A stretch of 64,000 nucleotides of DNA from Candidatus Omnitrophota bacterium (GCA_026416665.1 JAOAET010000044.1:2491-66490), one strand, 5' to 3'; shown: positions 1 through 10,301, counted from the stretch's first letter. Notes: generated by a model not told the origin, from the sequence alone. A program made the numbers and translations.

Positions 1-3000
1 GTAATTATCATCACTTAAACGACTAAGATATTCCACTACTTCCTCAAAATCTTTTTTCAGATTTTCAGATTCTCCTTTCATCCGGGCAGCGAGAAATTTT
101 TTTAACTTTTCGTTTTTAGCTAAGTTCAATAACGACTTTCCACAGTCAGGAACACCTGTAGCATTAAAATCTTGAGAAGCAATCTCCCAACTCCTTCCAT
201 CATCAGTTCCCGCTAAAATTATCTGTATATTCACACCATCAACCTTGTTAAGCAAAGTGGTTAAATCTGCTGCCCCTCTTCCACCGCGGAAAATAACAAC
301 GTTTATTCCTTTATTTGTTCCTTCTTTTAACAATTTTGGTAAATTATCTTGGTCAAAAACTGCTGTAAACAACCATTCTGCCGTTTTCTCATCATCTACT
401 AGTTCAGGTAAAGGGTCACCAGTGATTAAACTAACCTTTGCTTGTAAAATCGTCTTAATATCTTTTGCATTCTGCAGAACACTTGTGTCTTGAATAAAAC
501 GAACAAAATCATCAGACAATAATTTTTTTGCCTTATCGCTTAATGAATGGCCGGCTACTTTGGGATCAAAACCTTGACTAGATAAAAAATTAATCATTGC
601 CACGATACTGTCAGCATCTGTTTGTGAGTTGGATACTTTTTTTACCTCTGGAGCTTGCTCTAATGAAACCTTAATATTTTTTATAATCCATTTTTTTAGT
701 TTACCAATTTCTTCCTCATTAAGTTGCTTATACCAAGACAATAATTTATCCGCTCCCATTACATTATCAGGTCCCTTTATCCATGTAATTGCTGGAGCTT
801 CTGGCGTTGTCTTAAATAATTTTATTTCTCCGTAGAACCATCCCGCAGTATATGGTGCGGCTTGAAGTTTATTCTTTGTAATTGCTTCACTAATTTTTTC
901 TTCTGCTTCCCAAAATACATAAGGACTAATCTGACGTGCTTCTTTAGATTCTAACTTTAAACTAATATCATTAAAACGCAATCCTCCCAAGTTAACCATA
1001 TAATCAACATAGCCGGGTAAGGCATAACACCAGCTTCCCTTACTTACGTATTGTGCTTTTACTTCTTGGATTATTCCCTCTTCATTATAACGAACATTAA
1101 ATTGAATACCTTCTCCTTCGGTTACATGCTTAATATCCAAATTCTTACCTTGGAAATGCCCAATACCAGTAGAAGTAGTTTGATAAGAACCTGGTAAAAA
1201 ATCTTGTAGGAAAACAGTGTCGTGTATTGGGGTAACCTGGCCATTTTCCGTTAATTTTTTTAATCCGTCAGGAACAGGCAAAAATCCGTGATTCATTATA
1301 TAAAAAACGACGGGGGTCGTTTCCAAAAGCTTTTTATTGTAAATAAGCTCCTGAAGTATTGTCTCCTCTAGTTTTTCCTGTGTTTCATATCCTCTCCAAT
1401 AGAAGCCAGGTTTACCTTCCTCTTCCGCGATTCCTATACTCTTTTCTATATCCTTTTTACTTAGATAACTACCTAAGGGATATTTATCATTTTTACTTTT
1501 TAGCATCTCGTTTTCATCAGTAGTTAAAGTAATTGCGTTCTTTTCAATTACTTGCTTTTCCTCCCAATATTTAAGATTAATCTTCTGTCCTAATAAAATC
1601 TGCAGTCGTTCGAGGTCATCATGGTTAACCTCTTCATATTTACCTTTAGCAATGTCTTTTAGAATATCTCTAATATCTTTTTCTGAGTCAATAGACAACG
1701 GATTTGTTCTAAAAATCCTAATAAATTTAGCCTCTTTTTCTGTTCCATTTTCTAATTTTAAGCTGGTTGTACGAGAGGCAGGCATAATGAGTGCATCAGA
1801 AAGATCAATTTCTTCTTTTTTTCCATTTTTTTCATAACTTATCGTTCCACTAATAGGGGCTATAATAGTTGGTCCGTACCAGGCGGGAGAAACTTCTTTT
1901 GATTCCCCCGAAGGAATACTTATTATTTCGTAAGTAAAATTTGCTTCTTTCTTATGATAATTACTTAGATATTCGTAAAGAGCTTGGCCACGTAAAGGAT
2001 TACCTTCGGTATCTTTAAATAGCTCGTCATTTTTTTGAATAATCGGCTTTCCTATCTTATCAAACTCATCTTTATTAAATTCACGCTCAAGATCTCGATA
2101 TAACACAGTAATTGTCTTATTCGAAGTCTGCTGCGGTTCTACTACCCAAAAACCAATCGTTTTTCCATTTTTATCTTTTATTAAAAAATTTTCACCGGTA
2201 ATCCAAGCCTCATCTTTTTCAAGCCGAGCCCTGTTTTTTATCGCCTCTATCTGTTGCTCTTTTTTAGAAAAAATATCTCTGTTTGGTATGTGCAGTTGTA
2301 AAGATAACCCTTCACCTGCAGCATGAATAATTCCTGAACGAATATAAAGGTTAACATCTTTATAATTTTCTTTTCCAACCTCAATACGGTGCAAATATCC
2401 ATTACAAAATTTATCAACTAATTCTAAATAATATTCTAGAAGTTTTTTTTCATCATATCCGTTATTGCTTAATATCTCTATGGATTTTTTCATCTCTTGT
2501 GCAGAAACACTATCGTTTTCTTCTTTTAGAAATTTATTTGCAAATTCATTTAATTCTTTTGATACCCTATCAGGAAAATTAGAATCGGCACTTTTTGATC
2601 TTATTTCTTTAACTTTTTTATAAAGGGGCATATATATTTTTTCCCGTAACTTATTCAGTTTTTCAATTTCAGTAATTACTTCTTTAATGTCTACTTTATC
2701 CTTCAATCCTACCCAAATTACAGGTTTACCTTTTAAGAATAAAAGTTTTACGTAAAAAGGCATTTGGTGGTGGCTATATCCCTTATCTTTTTGTTCTTTC
2801 ATAATTATTTTTCCAAGAATCTCCTCTGCTTCCTTATAAACCAAAACGTTTAATGAATCTTCCCCAACATAAGAAGTCAAATCATCAACCTCTGGATACC
2901 CCTCCTTAGTAGTTTTTATATTATCATTTTCCTCTGCGCTTAAACCACTGGCACGCACGATGGTGCCCACATACTTAACTTTCTTTTTTCTTAACTGTTG

Positions 3001-4326
3001 GTAAGCGTCATCAGGTAAAATTCCCTTTAATTCTTCTAGTGGCATCCCCCAAGCTTCTTTTTCTTCAATCGTAGGTGGATTCTGGGCATAGAACTTTTCT
3101 GAATGTAATACGTCAGCAATACCACCATCTTTTTGTTCATTATCTGTTTTTATCCCAGGATTATTTTTATTTTCCAATAAGGAAATTTTTTCTTCCGGAC
3201 TTAATTCTACGAGTTGCTCTGTAGACGGAAATAAAATTCTTGGGATCTTTATAACATTTACTTTTTCTAAGCTTAAGCTATTAAATATTTGTCTTCCATC
3301 AAATCCACCACTAAAATATCTTTGAACAACTACGCCATGAGGACTGCTAATTAATTCCTCTTTATCATACTCACCTTTCAGAAAAGAACTACGGTACATA
3401 TTAAAATAATAAAACTTCGACCATGGCTGTAAAGAAGTAAGTCCATTTAAATCTTTACTGTCTATTAAAGCCGCCAATTTTGTGTGAGAGTTGAGGTATT
3501 TTTGCTTATACCACTGTGCTAGAATAAGAGAATAATAAACTTGCCGAAGTTGTGCATATCTTTTGCTAGAATTAACTATTCTTGTTAATTTGGGAATAAT
3601 TATTTCGCGAACTAAGTTGCTGGCATACTCATTTAATACCTTTTGACGGCAGTCTCCAGAAACATTTACGGTTGAATTCTGTATTTCCTCAAGATAATCT
3701 TGTTCTAACATTACTTTAAGCGTTGCCTTATAGATATACACGCCATCCCTATTCTGGCCGAGAATAATTTCTCCCGGTACTATCCATGGGCGGATATAAG
3801 TAGGTATTTCTATTTCCGTCTCTTCTCCAAATAACTCATTGATCTTACGATAAAGTCTATCCCAATACGTGCGACCTTCATGACAGTTAGGAGAAGTTAG
3901 AAAAGCCATGTCTTTTTTCAATTGTAAGTCGGCCTCTAGTAAAATCTTACCAATATCTGTTCTTTCCAAATAATAGTCAATAATATTTTGGGTATCATCC
4001 GGCCTTAAATTCACCCAAAACGCACTATTTGGTAAAACTAACCCAATTTTGAAGTAGTTAAATAAGATTTTGCTTGTTTCCGCAATCTCTTCTTGTGAAA
4101 CTTGTTCGGAATTCCCCTTATCTATACTTAATCTAAAACTATTTTCTTTCGGGTTATAACTCAAAAATCGCAAGTGCAGAGGACGAAAGTTTTCTCCTTC
4201 TAATACCTGCTGTAAATAATAAGGAATTGAAATAGAAGGAATAACCTGAGCAAATCCTACTGAATTAACAATCTGTCCGAATATTAGACTAACCACCAAC
4301 AAAACAGATAGAACTTTTCTCAACAT
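1..4326 (-). CDS. Large secreted hypothetical protein, N-terminal 1442 aa only; the 3' end lies beyond the window start. It begins MLRKVLSVLLVVSLIFGQIVNSVGFAQV (Sec signal peptide). Its C-terminal region in the window carries a Gly-rich motif and a DDG motif, faintly CofD/YvcK-like.
   Basis: I translated the minus strand by hand from the ATG at 4326-4324 down to position 1 and met no stop. The ORF track shows no competing minus-strand ORF in 1-4330, which fits an edge-truncated ORF the track excluded. The N-terminus is hydrophobic; I recognised no catalytic motif. Confidence 0.6.
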   Translation of the reverse strand, partial: MLRKVLSVLLVVSLIFGQIVNSVGFAQVIPSISIPYYLQQVLEGENFRPLHLRFLSYNPKENSFRLSIDKGNSEQVSQEEIAETSKILFNYFKIGLVLPNSAFWVNLRPDDTQNIIDYYLERTDIGKILLEADLQLKKDMAFLTSPNCHEGRTYWDRLYRKINELFGEETEIEIPTYIRPWIVPGEIILGQNRDGVYIYKATLKVMLEQDYLEEIQNSTVNVSGDCRQKVLNEYASNLVREIIIPKLTRIVNSSKRYAQLRQVYYSLILAQWYKQKYLNSHTKLAALIDSKDLNGLTSLQPWSKFYYFNMYRSSFLKGEYDKEELISSPHGVVVQRYFSGGFDGRQIFNSLSLEKVNVIKIPRILFPSTEQLVELSPEEKISLLENKNNPGIKTDNEQKDGGIADVLHSEKFYAQNPPTIEEKEAWGMPLEELKGILPDDAYQQLRKKKVKYVGTIVRASGLSAEENDNIKTTKEGYPEVDDLTSYVGEDSLNVLVYKEAEEILGKIIMKEQKDKGYSHHQMPFYVKLLFLKGKPVIWVGLKDKVDIKEVITEIEKLNKLREKIYMPLYKKVKEIRSKSADSNFPDRVSKELNEFANKFLKEENDSVSAQEMKKSIEILSNNGYDEKKLLEYYLELVDKFCNGYLHRIEVGKENYKDVNLYIRSGIIHAAGEGLSLQLHIPNRDIFSKKEQQIEAIKNRARLEKDEAWITGENFLIKDKNGKTIGFWVVEPQQTSNKTITVLYRDLEREFNKDEFDKIGKPIIQKNDELFKDTEGNPLRGQALYEYLSNYHKKEANFTYEIISIPSGESKEVSPAWYGPTIIAPISGTISYEKNGKKEEIDLSDALIMPASRTTSLKLENGTEKEAKFIRIFRTNPLSIDSEKDIRDILKDIAKGKYEEVNHDDLERLQILLGQKINLKYWEEKQVIEKNAITLTTDENEMLKSKNDKYPLGSYLSKKDIEKSIGIAEEEGKPGFYWRGYETQEKLEETILQELIYNKKLLETTPVVFYIMNHGFLPVPDGLKKLTENGQVTPIHDTVFLQDFLPGSYQTTSTGIGHFQGKNLDIKHVTEGEGIQFNVRYNEEGIIQEVKAQYVSKGSWCYALPGYVDYMVNLGGLRFNDISLKLESKEARQISPYVFWEAEEKISEAITKNKLQAAPYTAGWFYGEIKLFKTTPEAPAITWIKGPDNVMGADKLLSWYKQLNEEEIGKLKKWIIKNIKVSLEQAPEVKKVSNSQTDADSIVAMINFLSSQGFDPKVAGHSLSDKAKKLLSDDFVRFIQDTSVLQNAKDIKTILQAKVSLITGDPLPELVDDEKTAEWLFTAVFDQDNLPKLLKEGTNKGINVVIFRGGRGAADLTTLLNKVDGVNIQIILAGTDDGRSWEIASQDFNATGVPDCGKSLLNLAKNEKLKKFLAARMKGESENLKKDFEEVVEYLSRLSDDNY

Positions 4327-4390
4327 AACCACCTCTCCTTTCTTTACTGAAAACTAAACATTTTAATTAGCTTTTATTAATTCATTTTGT

Positions 4391-4480
4391 TGTTTTTTTC
4401 TTTTAATAAAAAAGGCCACGATCTGGCAAAATCTGGTATTTTGCCAAGAACCGTGGCCAAATAATTTTTTTCTTTTTAGT
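4391..4480 (-). terminator. Bidirectional intrinsic terminator downstream of oppF. The stem is GGCCACG...CGTGGCC at 4414-4458 with an inner TGGCAAAAT/ATTTTGCCA extension, and it is flanked by T-runs on both strands.
   Basis: Inverted repeat read directly from the sequence, with T/A tracts on both sides. It sits between the oppF stop (4550) and the start of the 1..4326 gene. Confidence 0.55.
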
Positions 4481-4549
4481 TTAGCTCAAAACCTACAATA
4501 AAAATATAATATATATTTGTTCTGAAGTCAAGCTACCAATAAAAAATTT

Positions 4550-5317
4550 TTATTTCATTAACTCTTTACAACCTGCGCAAGCAATTAGATTTTTGGTGTA
4601 GGTTTCTTGGGGATGTTCAAAGATGTCTTTTAGATTACCTTCTTCTACTATCCTACCCTCTTTCATTACTATCACAGAATCAGCAACATATTTTATCACT
4701 GCTAAATTATGGCTGATAAAAAGATAAGTTAATCTTAATTTTTCTTTAAGTTGCACAAACAAATCTAGCATCTTTACCTGGACAGTTAAATCTAAGGAAG
4801 AAATTGGTTCATCTAGAATCAACACCTTAGGTTCTACCGCCAACGCCCTTGCTATACAAACCCGTTGACGCTGTCCTCCAGATAACTGATGAGGATAACG
4901 ATAAAACAAATTATTTTCAAGACCAACCAGTTTTAATAACTCTAAAACCTTTTCTTCTTCTTCATTCCTTTTCACCAAACGATGAATTAACAACGGCTCT
5001 CTCAAAGTATCACATACCCGCATCTTCGGATTAAGACTACTGAGAGGATTTTGAAAAATTATCTGGACATCTTTGCGAAAATCTTGTATGTAAACAGGAT
5101 TGACCTTAATACAACCAGAAGTTGGTTCAAGCAAACGCGCAATAATCTTAGCAAGTGTAGTCTTACCCGAACCAGATTCACCAACAATACCCAGAGTGGT
5201 AAATTCTTTAACAATAAAACTAACTTTATCTATGGCTTGGATAGTAATTTTTTTACTTCCTAAAATTCCTCTTTCCAAAGTATATACTTTACTTATATTG
5301 TCTGCCTGAATAATCAT
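4550..5317 (-). CDS. oppF: Oligopeptide ABC transporter ATP-binding protein (OppF-like)
   Basis: 255-aa ORF with Walker A GESGSGKTT, the LSGGQRQR signature and Walker B ILDEP. It is the last gene of the opp operon and overlaps oppD by 4 nt. Confidence 0.85.
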   Translation of the reverse strand: MIIQADNISKVYTLERGILGSKKITIQAIDKVSFIVKEFTTLGIVGESGSGKTTLAKIIARLLEPTSGCIKVNPVYIQDFRKDVQIIFQNPLSSLNPKMRVCDTLREPLLIHRLVKRNEEEEKVLELLKLVGLENNLFYRYPHQLSGGQRQRVCIARALAVEPKVLILDEPISSLDLTVQVKMLDLFVQLKEKLRLTYLFISHNLAVIKYVADSVIVMKEGRIVEEGNLKDIFEHPQETYTKNLIACAGCKELMK

Positions 5318-6111
5318 ATCTTACCAATCTTCTCGTAAGCTGCAATTAGTTCTTTGGCATGTTGATGCTCAGGATTACTAAAAAGTTCTTCTGTCTTTTT
5401 TTCCTCTACTATTAAACCCTGATGCATAATATAGACACGTTGAGCAATCTTTCGGGCAATGGCTAAGTTATGGGTAATAAAAAGTAGTGCAAAGTTATAC
5501 TCTTTTTTTAAGTCCATAAGAAGTTTTAAAATTTCCTGCTCAATAGTCACATCTAAAGCTGTAGTGGGCTCATCCGCAATAAATAGTTCAGGCCTGCCTG
5601 CCAGCCCCATAGCCAAAAACACTCTTTGGTTCATTCCACCTGACAGTTGATGGGGGTAACTGGTTAATACCCGCAAAGGTTCTTTTATTTTTACCTGTTC
5701 CAACAGATGAATGGCATAATTCCGTGCCTGTTTTCCTTTAATATGTTGGCAAAACCAAAGAACCTCTTTTATCTGCTCTTCAATTGTGTAAACAGGATTA
5801 AGATAACTGGTTGGTTCTTGAAAACAGTAGGCGATTTTTGAGCCACGAATTGCCTGAAGTGCTTGCTCGGAAAAAGACACTAAATTCCTGCCCCGGAATA
5901 ACACTTCACCACAACGAATATGAGCATTGGCTGGTAACAATTTTGTTAATGCCAGACAACTAACTGTTTTTCCTGAACCAGACTCTCCAGCAATAACTAC
6001 GGTCTCCTGGGCAAAAACAGAAAAACTTATCTTCTTTACCGCCTCAATCTTTTGACCAGAAACGATAAAATCTACTGCTAAATCTTTTACTTCTAACAAT
6101 GGCCTTTGCAC
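5314..6111 (-). CDS. oppD: Oligopeptide ABC transporter ATP-binding protein (OppD-like)
   Basis: 265-aa ORF with GESGSGKT, LSGGMNQR and a DEPTTALD Walker B. Confidence 0.85.
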   Translation of the reverse strand: MQRPLLEVKDLAVDFIVSGQKIEAVKKISFSVFAQETVVIAGESGSGKTVSCLALTKLLPANAHIRCGEVLFRGRNLVSFSEQALQAIRGSKIAYCFQEPTSYLNPVYTIEEQIKEVLWFCQHIKGKQARNYAIHLLEQVKIKEPLRVLTSYPHQLSGGMNQRVFLAMGLAGRPELFIADEPTTALDVTIEQEILKLLMDLKKEYNFALLFITHNLAIARKIAQRVYIMHQGLIVEEKKTEELFSNPEHQHAKELIAAYEKIGKI

Positions 6112-6230
6112 AGTTCTATTGCTTCTCTTTTGTCAATTTCTTTAAACTAAGTTTTCTTAAACAGATATTTACTCTTATGCTAAATCCTAAATAAAATCTT
6201 ACCACTTATCAAACAACCAATTTACAAATT

Positions 6231-7022
6231 TTATCCCAATTTCTTTTTTAACCCTTCAGCAATAAAATAAAATCCTAATATAGTCACCAGTATCGCCAAA
6301 CCGGGAAAAACCGTAATCCACCAAGCAACCCCCAAAGTTGACTTTGCCTCTATAAGAATATTCCCCCAACTAGGCGTGGGTGGCTGAACACCTAGACCTA
6401 AAAAACTTAAACCTGACTCTAAAAGAATTGCCGAGGCAATACCTAAAGTAGCATGAACTAATACTGGGGCTAATGCATTTGGTAAAAGATGTCGAAAAAT
6501 AATACGTAACTGGCTAGCCCCAAGAGCAACTGCTGCTTGTATAAACTGGCGTTCCTTAAGAGAAAGTATTTCTGAACGAACTAACCGTGCTGCGGACATC
6601 CAACTGGTAAGACCAATAATAATCATAATGTTATAAAGAGACGGCTCAAGTACAGATACTACTGCCAAAATCAAAAAGAAAGTGGGAAAACATAACATAA
6701 TATCTACCAGACGCATGATTAAAGAATCAAGCCTGCCACCATAAAAGCCTGCTACCGAACCTAAGAAAATACCTATCACAGTAGAAATACCTACAGCAAT
6801 AATGCCAATACTTAAAGAAATACGTGTACCCCAAATAAGACGACTCAATAAGTCACGGCCTAAACTGTCTGTGCCTAATAAATGCTGTCTTGACGGTGGT
6901 GATAATAGCTGTGCGTTATCCATCACTGTCGGCTCATAAGGGCTAATTAATGGGGCAAGCAAAGCAACCACCGCCAAAAAAGAAATTATAACTAATCCTG
7001 CTGGCAAATAAAAATCTCTCAT
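6231..7022 (-). CDS. oppC: Oligopeptide ABC transporter permease (OppC/DppC family)
   Basis: 263-aa polytopic membrane ORF typical of BPD_transp_1 permeases, placed in the operon between oppB and oppD. Confidence 0.8.
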   Translation of the reverse strand: MRDFYLPAGLVIISFLAVVALLAPLISPYEPTVMDNAQLLSPPSRQHLLGTDSLGRDLLSRLIWGTRISLSIGIIAVGISTVIGIFLGSVAGFYGGRLDSLIMRLVDIMLCFPTFFLILAVVSVLEPSLYNIMIIIGLTSWMSAARLVRSEILSLKERQFIQAAVALGASQLRIIFRHLLPNALAPVLVHATLGIASAILLESGLSFLGLGVQPPTPSWGNILIEAKSTLGVAWWITVFPGLAILVTILGFYFIAEGLKKKLG

Positions 7023-7202
7023 ATTCGTATTCTTATTTAAACAAAACTTCTGTTTATGCTACTTAGTTCTAAAAACTCTGTTTGATAAACTACTTTTTTA
7101 CTTTATACTCTTTCTATTCTATCTATCTTACCTGTATTGTGTTTCTCGGACATTTCCAAAATCTGTTGTTCTTCAGTTAATTATTCTTATTCCTTACTTC
7201 TT

Positions 7203-8177
7203 CTATTTTTTATAACGAATGCGTGGGTCAACTAAGGCGTAACTTATGTCGGCAATTAAATTCCCCAAGAGTGTCAGAACCGCACTTAAAACTACCTCTG
7301 CCATAATTAAAGGATAATCGCGAGTAACTACTGCCTCATAAAAAAGCCTTCCCAAACCAGGCAAGGCAAATAAAGATTCAAAAATAACACTGCCACCCAA
7401 AAGGCCAGGTATAGATAAACCAACCAGTGTAACAATTGGCAGAATAGCGTTACGCAAAGCGTGTTTATAAATAACTATTTTATGCGGTAGACCCTTTGCC
7501 TTTGCGGCTAAAATGTATGGCTGATTTAATACTTCTATCATACTTGAGCGCATATATCTTGATATACCCGCAAGACCGCTTAAAGTAGTCACAAAAATCG
7601 GCAAGATAAGATGTCTTGTTATATCTTGTATTTTTTGCCACCAGTTGAGATACTCAAAATCAAGTGAGGTAACCCCAGATATAGGCAACCAACCCCAGTG
7701 GATACAAATAAGTTGCATCAGTAAAAGAGCAATCCAGAAAGTAGGTGCAGCAAAGAATATAAAGACAATTATGGTAGTTAAGTTATCAAAAACCCCACCT
7801 GGTTTTTGGGCAGAACAAATACCCAATGGTAAAGCAATTGCAAACATACAAATAAGCGATATTAAATTAATACCTACGGTCAAAGGAATCCGCTCCAGAA
7901 TTTTTTCTGTAACTGGTCTTCCATCTACAAAAGAATTTCCAAAATCAATACGCAACATTCGCTTTAACCACAAATAATACTGGATAGGAAGTGGTTTATC
8001 TAACCCATATAGAGTATAGAGTTTTTGTCTTACTTCAGGAGAAATTTTAGGGTTTAATTCTCCATCAATAGTTGTAGGTTTACCAGGGGCAATACGGATA
8101 ATAAAAAAACTTATTAAAGTAATACCAAACACTACAGGAATTGCTCCAATTAATCTACGGAAAATATAACCAATCAT
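7203..8177 (-). CDS. oppB: Oligopeptide ABC transporter permease (OppB/DppB family)
   Basis: 324-aa membrane ORF with an N-terminal IRIAPGKPT-type segment. It overlaps the oppA stop by 4 nt. Confidence 0.8.
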   Translation of the reverse strand: MIGYIFRRLIGAIPVVFGITLISFFIIRIAPGKPTTIDGELNPKISPEVRQKLYTLYGLDKPLPIQYYLWLKRMLRIDFGNSFVDGRPVTEKILERIPLTVGINLISLICMFAIALPLGICSAQKPGGVFDNLTTIIVFIFFAAPTFWIALLLMQLICIHWGWLPISGVTSLDFEYLNWWQKIQDITRHLILPIFVTTLSGLAGISRYMRSSMIEVLNQPYILAAKAKGLPHKIVIYKHALRNAILPIVTLVGLSIPGLLGGSVIFESLFALPGLGRLFYEAVVTRDYPLIMAEVVLSAVLTLLGNLIADISYALVDPRIRYKK

Positions 8178-9811
8178 GGCAAGATACGGTATCTCTGTTC
8201 CTTTTTAGGAACCCACCAGTCAATAAAGTTGTAGCCAATGCCTATAGAAGCTGGCTCTACCCCTTGAAACCGTTTATGTAAACATAACAAAGCATCCTGA
8301 GAAAACAAAAACATATACGGCTGCTCTTCGTAGATTATCTGATGAATTCTTCTATAACACTGAGCACGCTGGTTTTGATCAAAGGTTCTGCGTGCCTGCT
8401 CCAGTAAATCATCAACCTCTGTATTCTGATAACCTATAAAATTAAACTCTCCTGGTCTGGTCTTTGAGGAATGCCATATATCAAAGATATCTGGCTCCCG
8501 TGGCACTGACCAACCTAATAAAACTGCATCAAAATTCCGCGCATCCACAACTTCATTTAGAAATACACTCCATTCTGCAACTCGGATTTTAACTTTTATT
8601 CCAATATCTTTTAATCGGCGCTGGATAATTTGTGCAACTTTTAGACGCTCTTCGTTTCCTTGATTAGTAACGATGGTAAATTCAAACACCTTTTTGTCTT
8701 TATCCAACCAGCCGTCATTATCAGTGTCTTGCCAACCCAAGTCATTAAGTATTCTCTTGGCTTCTTGGGGATTAAACTCTTTTGGCTTAATATTGTTATT
8801 ATACGCCCAAGATTGCGGCACAAACGGACCAGTACAGATGCTTCCAAAACCTAAAAGCACCATATCAATAATCTCTTTTTTATCTACTGCTAGATTAAGG
8901 GCCTGACGAACACGTACATCGTTAAAAAGTGGTCTTCTTAGATTATAACCTAGATAGGTATAATTAAAACCGGGTAGTCTAAACTTTCGGTAGTATTTCT
9001 TAAAGAAATTAGTATCGGTCTGACGGCTGAATTGAAGGGGAGATAATCCCGAGGTATCTATTGCCTGCGTCTGTAACTCCAAAAAAATAGTTGAACTATC
9101 AGGAATAACCCTGGTTATACTGCGACTAATAAATGGTTTATGTTCAAAATAATCTTCGTTAGCGATTAATTCAATTTTTTCTTGTGTCTTCCACTTCTTT
9201 AATTTGTAAGGACCAGTCCCAATAGGATGGCGGCTAAATGAGGTATTGTTTATGTCTTGTTTTTCTAAAATATGTTTAGGGATAATAGACATTCCCCAAC
9301 TAGCAAGTCCAGGAGCAAAAGGTTGTTTATACCTTATTTTTACCGTGTATTTATCAATTATCTCTAACGACTCTATCTCCTTAAAATCACCACTATAAGG
9401 AGTTCTAACTTGCGGGTCAATTAACTTTTCAAAAGTAAATTTTACATCTTCTGCAGTAAACTCTACACCATCATGCCAACGCACACCTTTTCTTAGATAA
9501 AAAATAATCACCCGACCACCTTCAGATATATCCCATTTTTCTGCCAAATCTCCTACTAAATTGATGTCTTTATCGTATTTAACCAGCCCATTAAAAATTA
9601 AGCTGGTTATGTCAGAAGAGGCAGAATCCGAGGCCAAAATAGGCATTAATGTGCGAGCATCAGCAATAGAGGCACTAACAATAGCATCACCGTAATCTAC
9701 TGCTTCTGCAGTGCCGAATAAAAACAAAAGCGCTACCAGTAATGCTGGTAGCGTATATTGAAGCAAATTTTTATCTTTCATTTTTTGCGCTGCTTTTTTA
9801 ATGTGCAGCAT
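8174..9811 (-). CDS. oppA: Peptide ABC transporter substrate-binding protein (SBP family 5, OppA-like). The likely true start is the internal Met at ~9781 (MKDKNLL...), which gives a K-rich signal peptide.
   Basis: 545-aa ORF with a signal peptide (LPALLVALLFLFGTAEA) and SBP_bac_5-type sequence. It is the first gene of oppABCDF. Confidence 0.8.
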   Translation of the reverse strand: MLHIKKAAQKMKDKNLLQYTLPALLVALLFLFGTAEAVDYGDAIVSASIADARTLMPILASDSASSDITSLIFNGLVKYDKDINLVGDLAEKWDISEGGRVIIFYLRKGVRWHDGVEFTAEDVKFTFEKLIDPQVRTPYSGDFKEIESLEIIDKYTVKIRYKQPFAPGLASWGMSIIPKHILEKQDINNTSFSRHPIGTGPYKLKKWKTQEKIELIANEDYFEHKPFISRSITRVIPDSSTIFLELQTQAIDTSGLSPLQFSRQTDTNFFKKYYRKFRLPGFNYTYLGYNLRRPLFNDVRVRQALNLAVDKKEIIDMVLLGFGSICTGPFVPQSWAYNNNIKPKEFNPQEAKRILNDLGWQDTDNDGWLDKDKKVFEFTIVTNQGNEERLKVAQIIQRRLKDIGIKVKIRVAEWSVFLNEVVDARNFDAVLLGWSVPREPDIFDIWHSSKTRPGEFNFIGYQNTEVDDLLEQARRTFDQNQRAQCYRRIHQIIYEEQPYMFLFSQDALLCLHKRFQGVEPASIGIGYNFIDWWVPKKEQRYRILP

Positions 9812-9857
9812 AAATCCACAATTTTGGCCGAAAACCTGATTTATTACAAATTAAGTT

Positions 9858-10301
9858 CTAATTTTGATTCGGCACCTGCTGATTTGCTTTCATTGGATTA
9901 CCTGGTGAAGAAGTAGCAGTCTTGGTTGCATTAATTTCTTGATTTCCTTGCGTTACATTACCAGTCGTAGTGGTTGGAACAGAAGATTGGGGCTTCTCTG
10001 TCCTTTGTGGTTGCACGTCAGTTGCGTTTTGAGTAGTTATAATCTTCTGTGGCTTAACTGAACGCATCAAGGATCTGCTTTCCCGTAGGGACAAAAATGC
10101 AAGATTCAAACAACTTAAAAAGAACAAAACTGCCAACACAGAAGTAAGTTTTGAAAGAAATGTGCTTGTCTTTGTCCCTAACATTGACTCAAGTCCTGAA
10201 AACGCCTCTACAAAACCTCCACCCCTGCCCCGCTGAACTAAGATAATTGCAATAAGGATAATACAAACCAAGACGTGAAAAGTTACTGCTAAAGCCATCA
10301 T
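9858..10301 (-). CDS. secG: Preprotein translocase subunit SecG with an extended T/Q/N-rich C-terminal tail
   Basis: 147-aa ORF with two TM helices and the SecG signature LVQRGRGGGF. It follows tpiA immediately, with a 4-nt overlap. Confidence 0.75.
   Translation of the reverse strand: MMALAVTFHVLVCIILIAIILVQRGRGGGFVEAFSGLESMLGTKTSTFLSKLTSVLAVLFFLSCLNLAFLSLRESRSLMRSVKPQKIITTQNATDVQPQRTEKPQSSVPTTTTGNVTQGNQEINATKTATSSPGNPMKANQQVPNQN

Noticed and set aside
4849-5309. Plus-strand ORFs of 61-70 aa overlapping oppF/oppD (4849-5034, 5051-5263, 5100-5309). Similar antisense ORFs occur in oppB (7645-7977), pgk (11297-11665), alaS (40239-40682), smc (50553-50957) and etfB (53463-53771).
   Set aside because: They are fully nested antisense to well-supported conserved genes and have no recognisable motifs. 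They are typical six-frame noise in AT-rich DNA.
9733-9751. Perfect 7-bp hairpin (CTACCAG-TAATG-CTGGTAG) downstream of secG, as a possible terminator
   Set aside because: It lies inside the oppA signal-peptide coding sequence (LPALLVAL) and is not followed by a U-tract, so it is most likely a coding coincidence.
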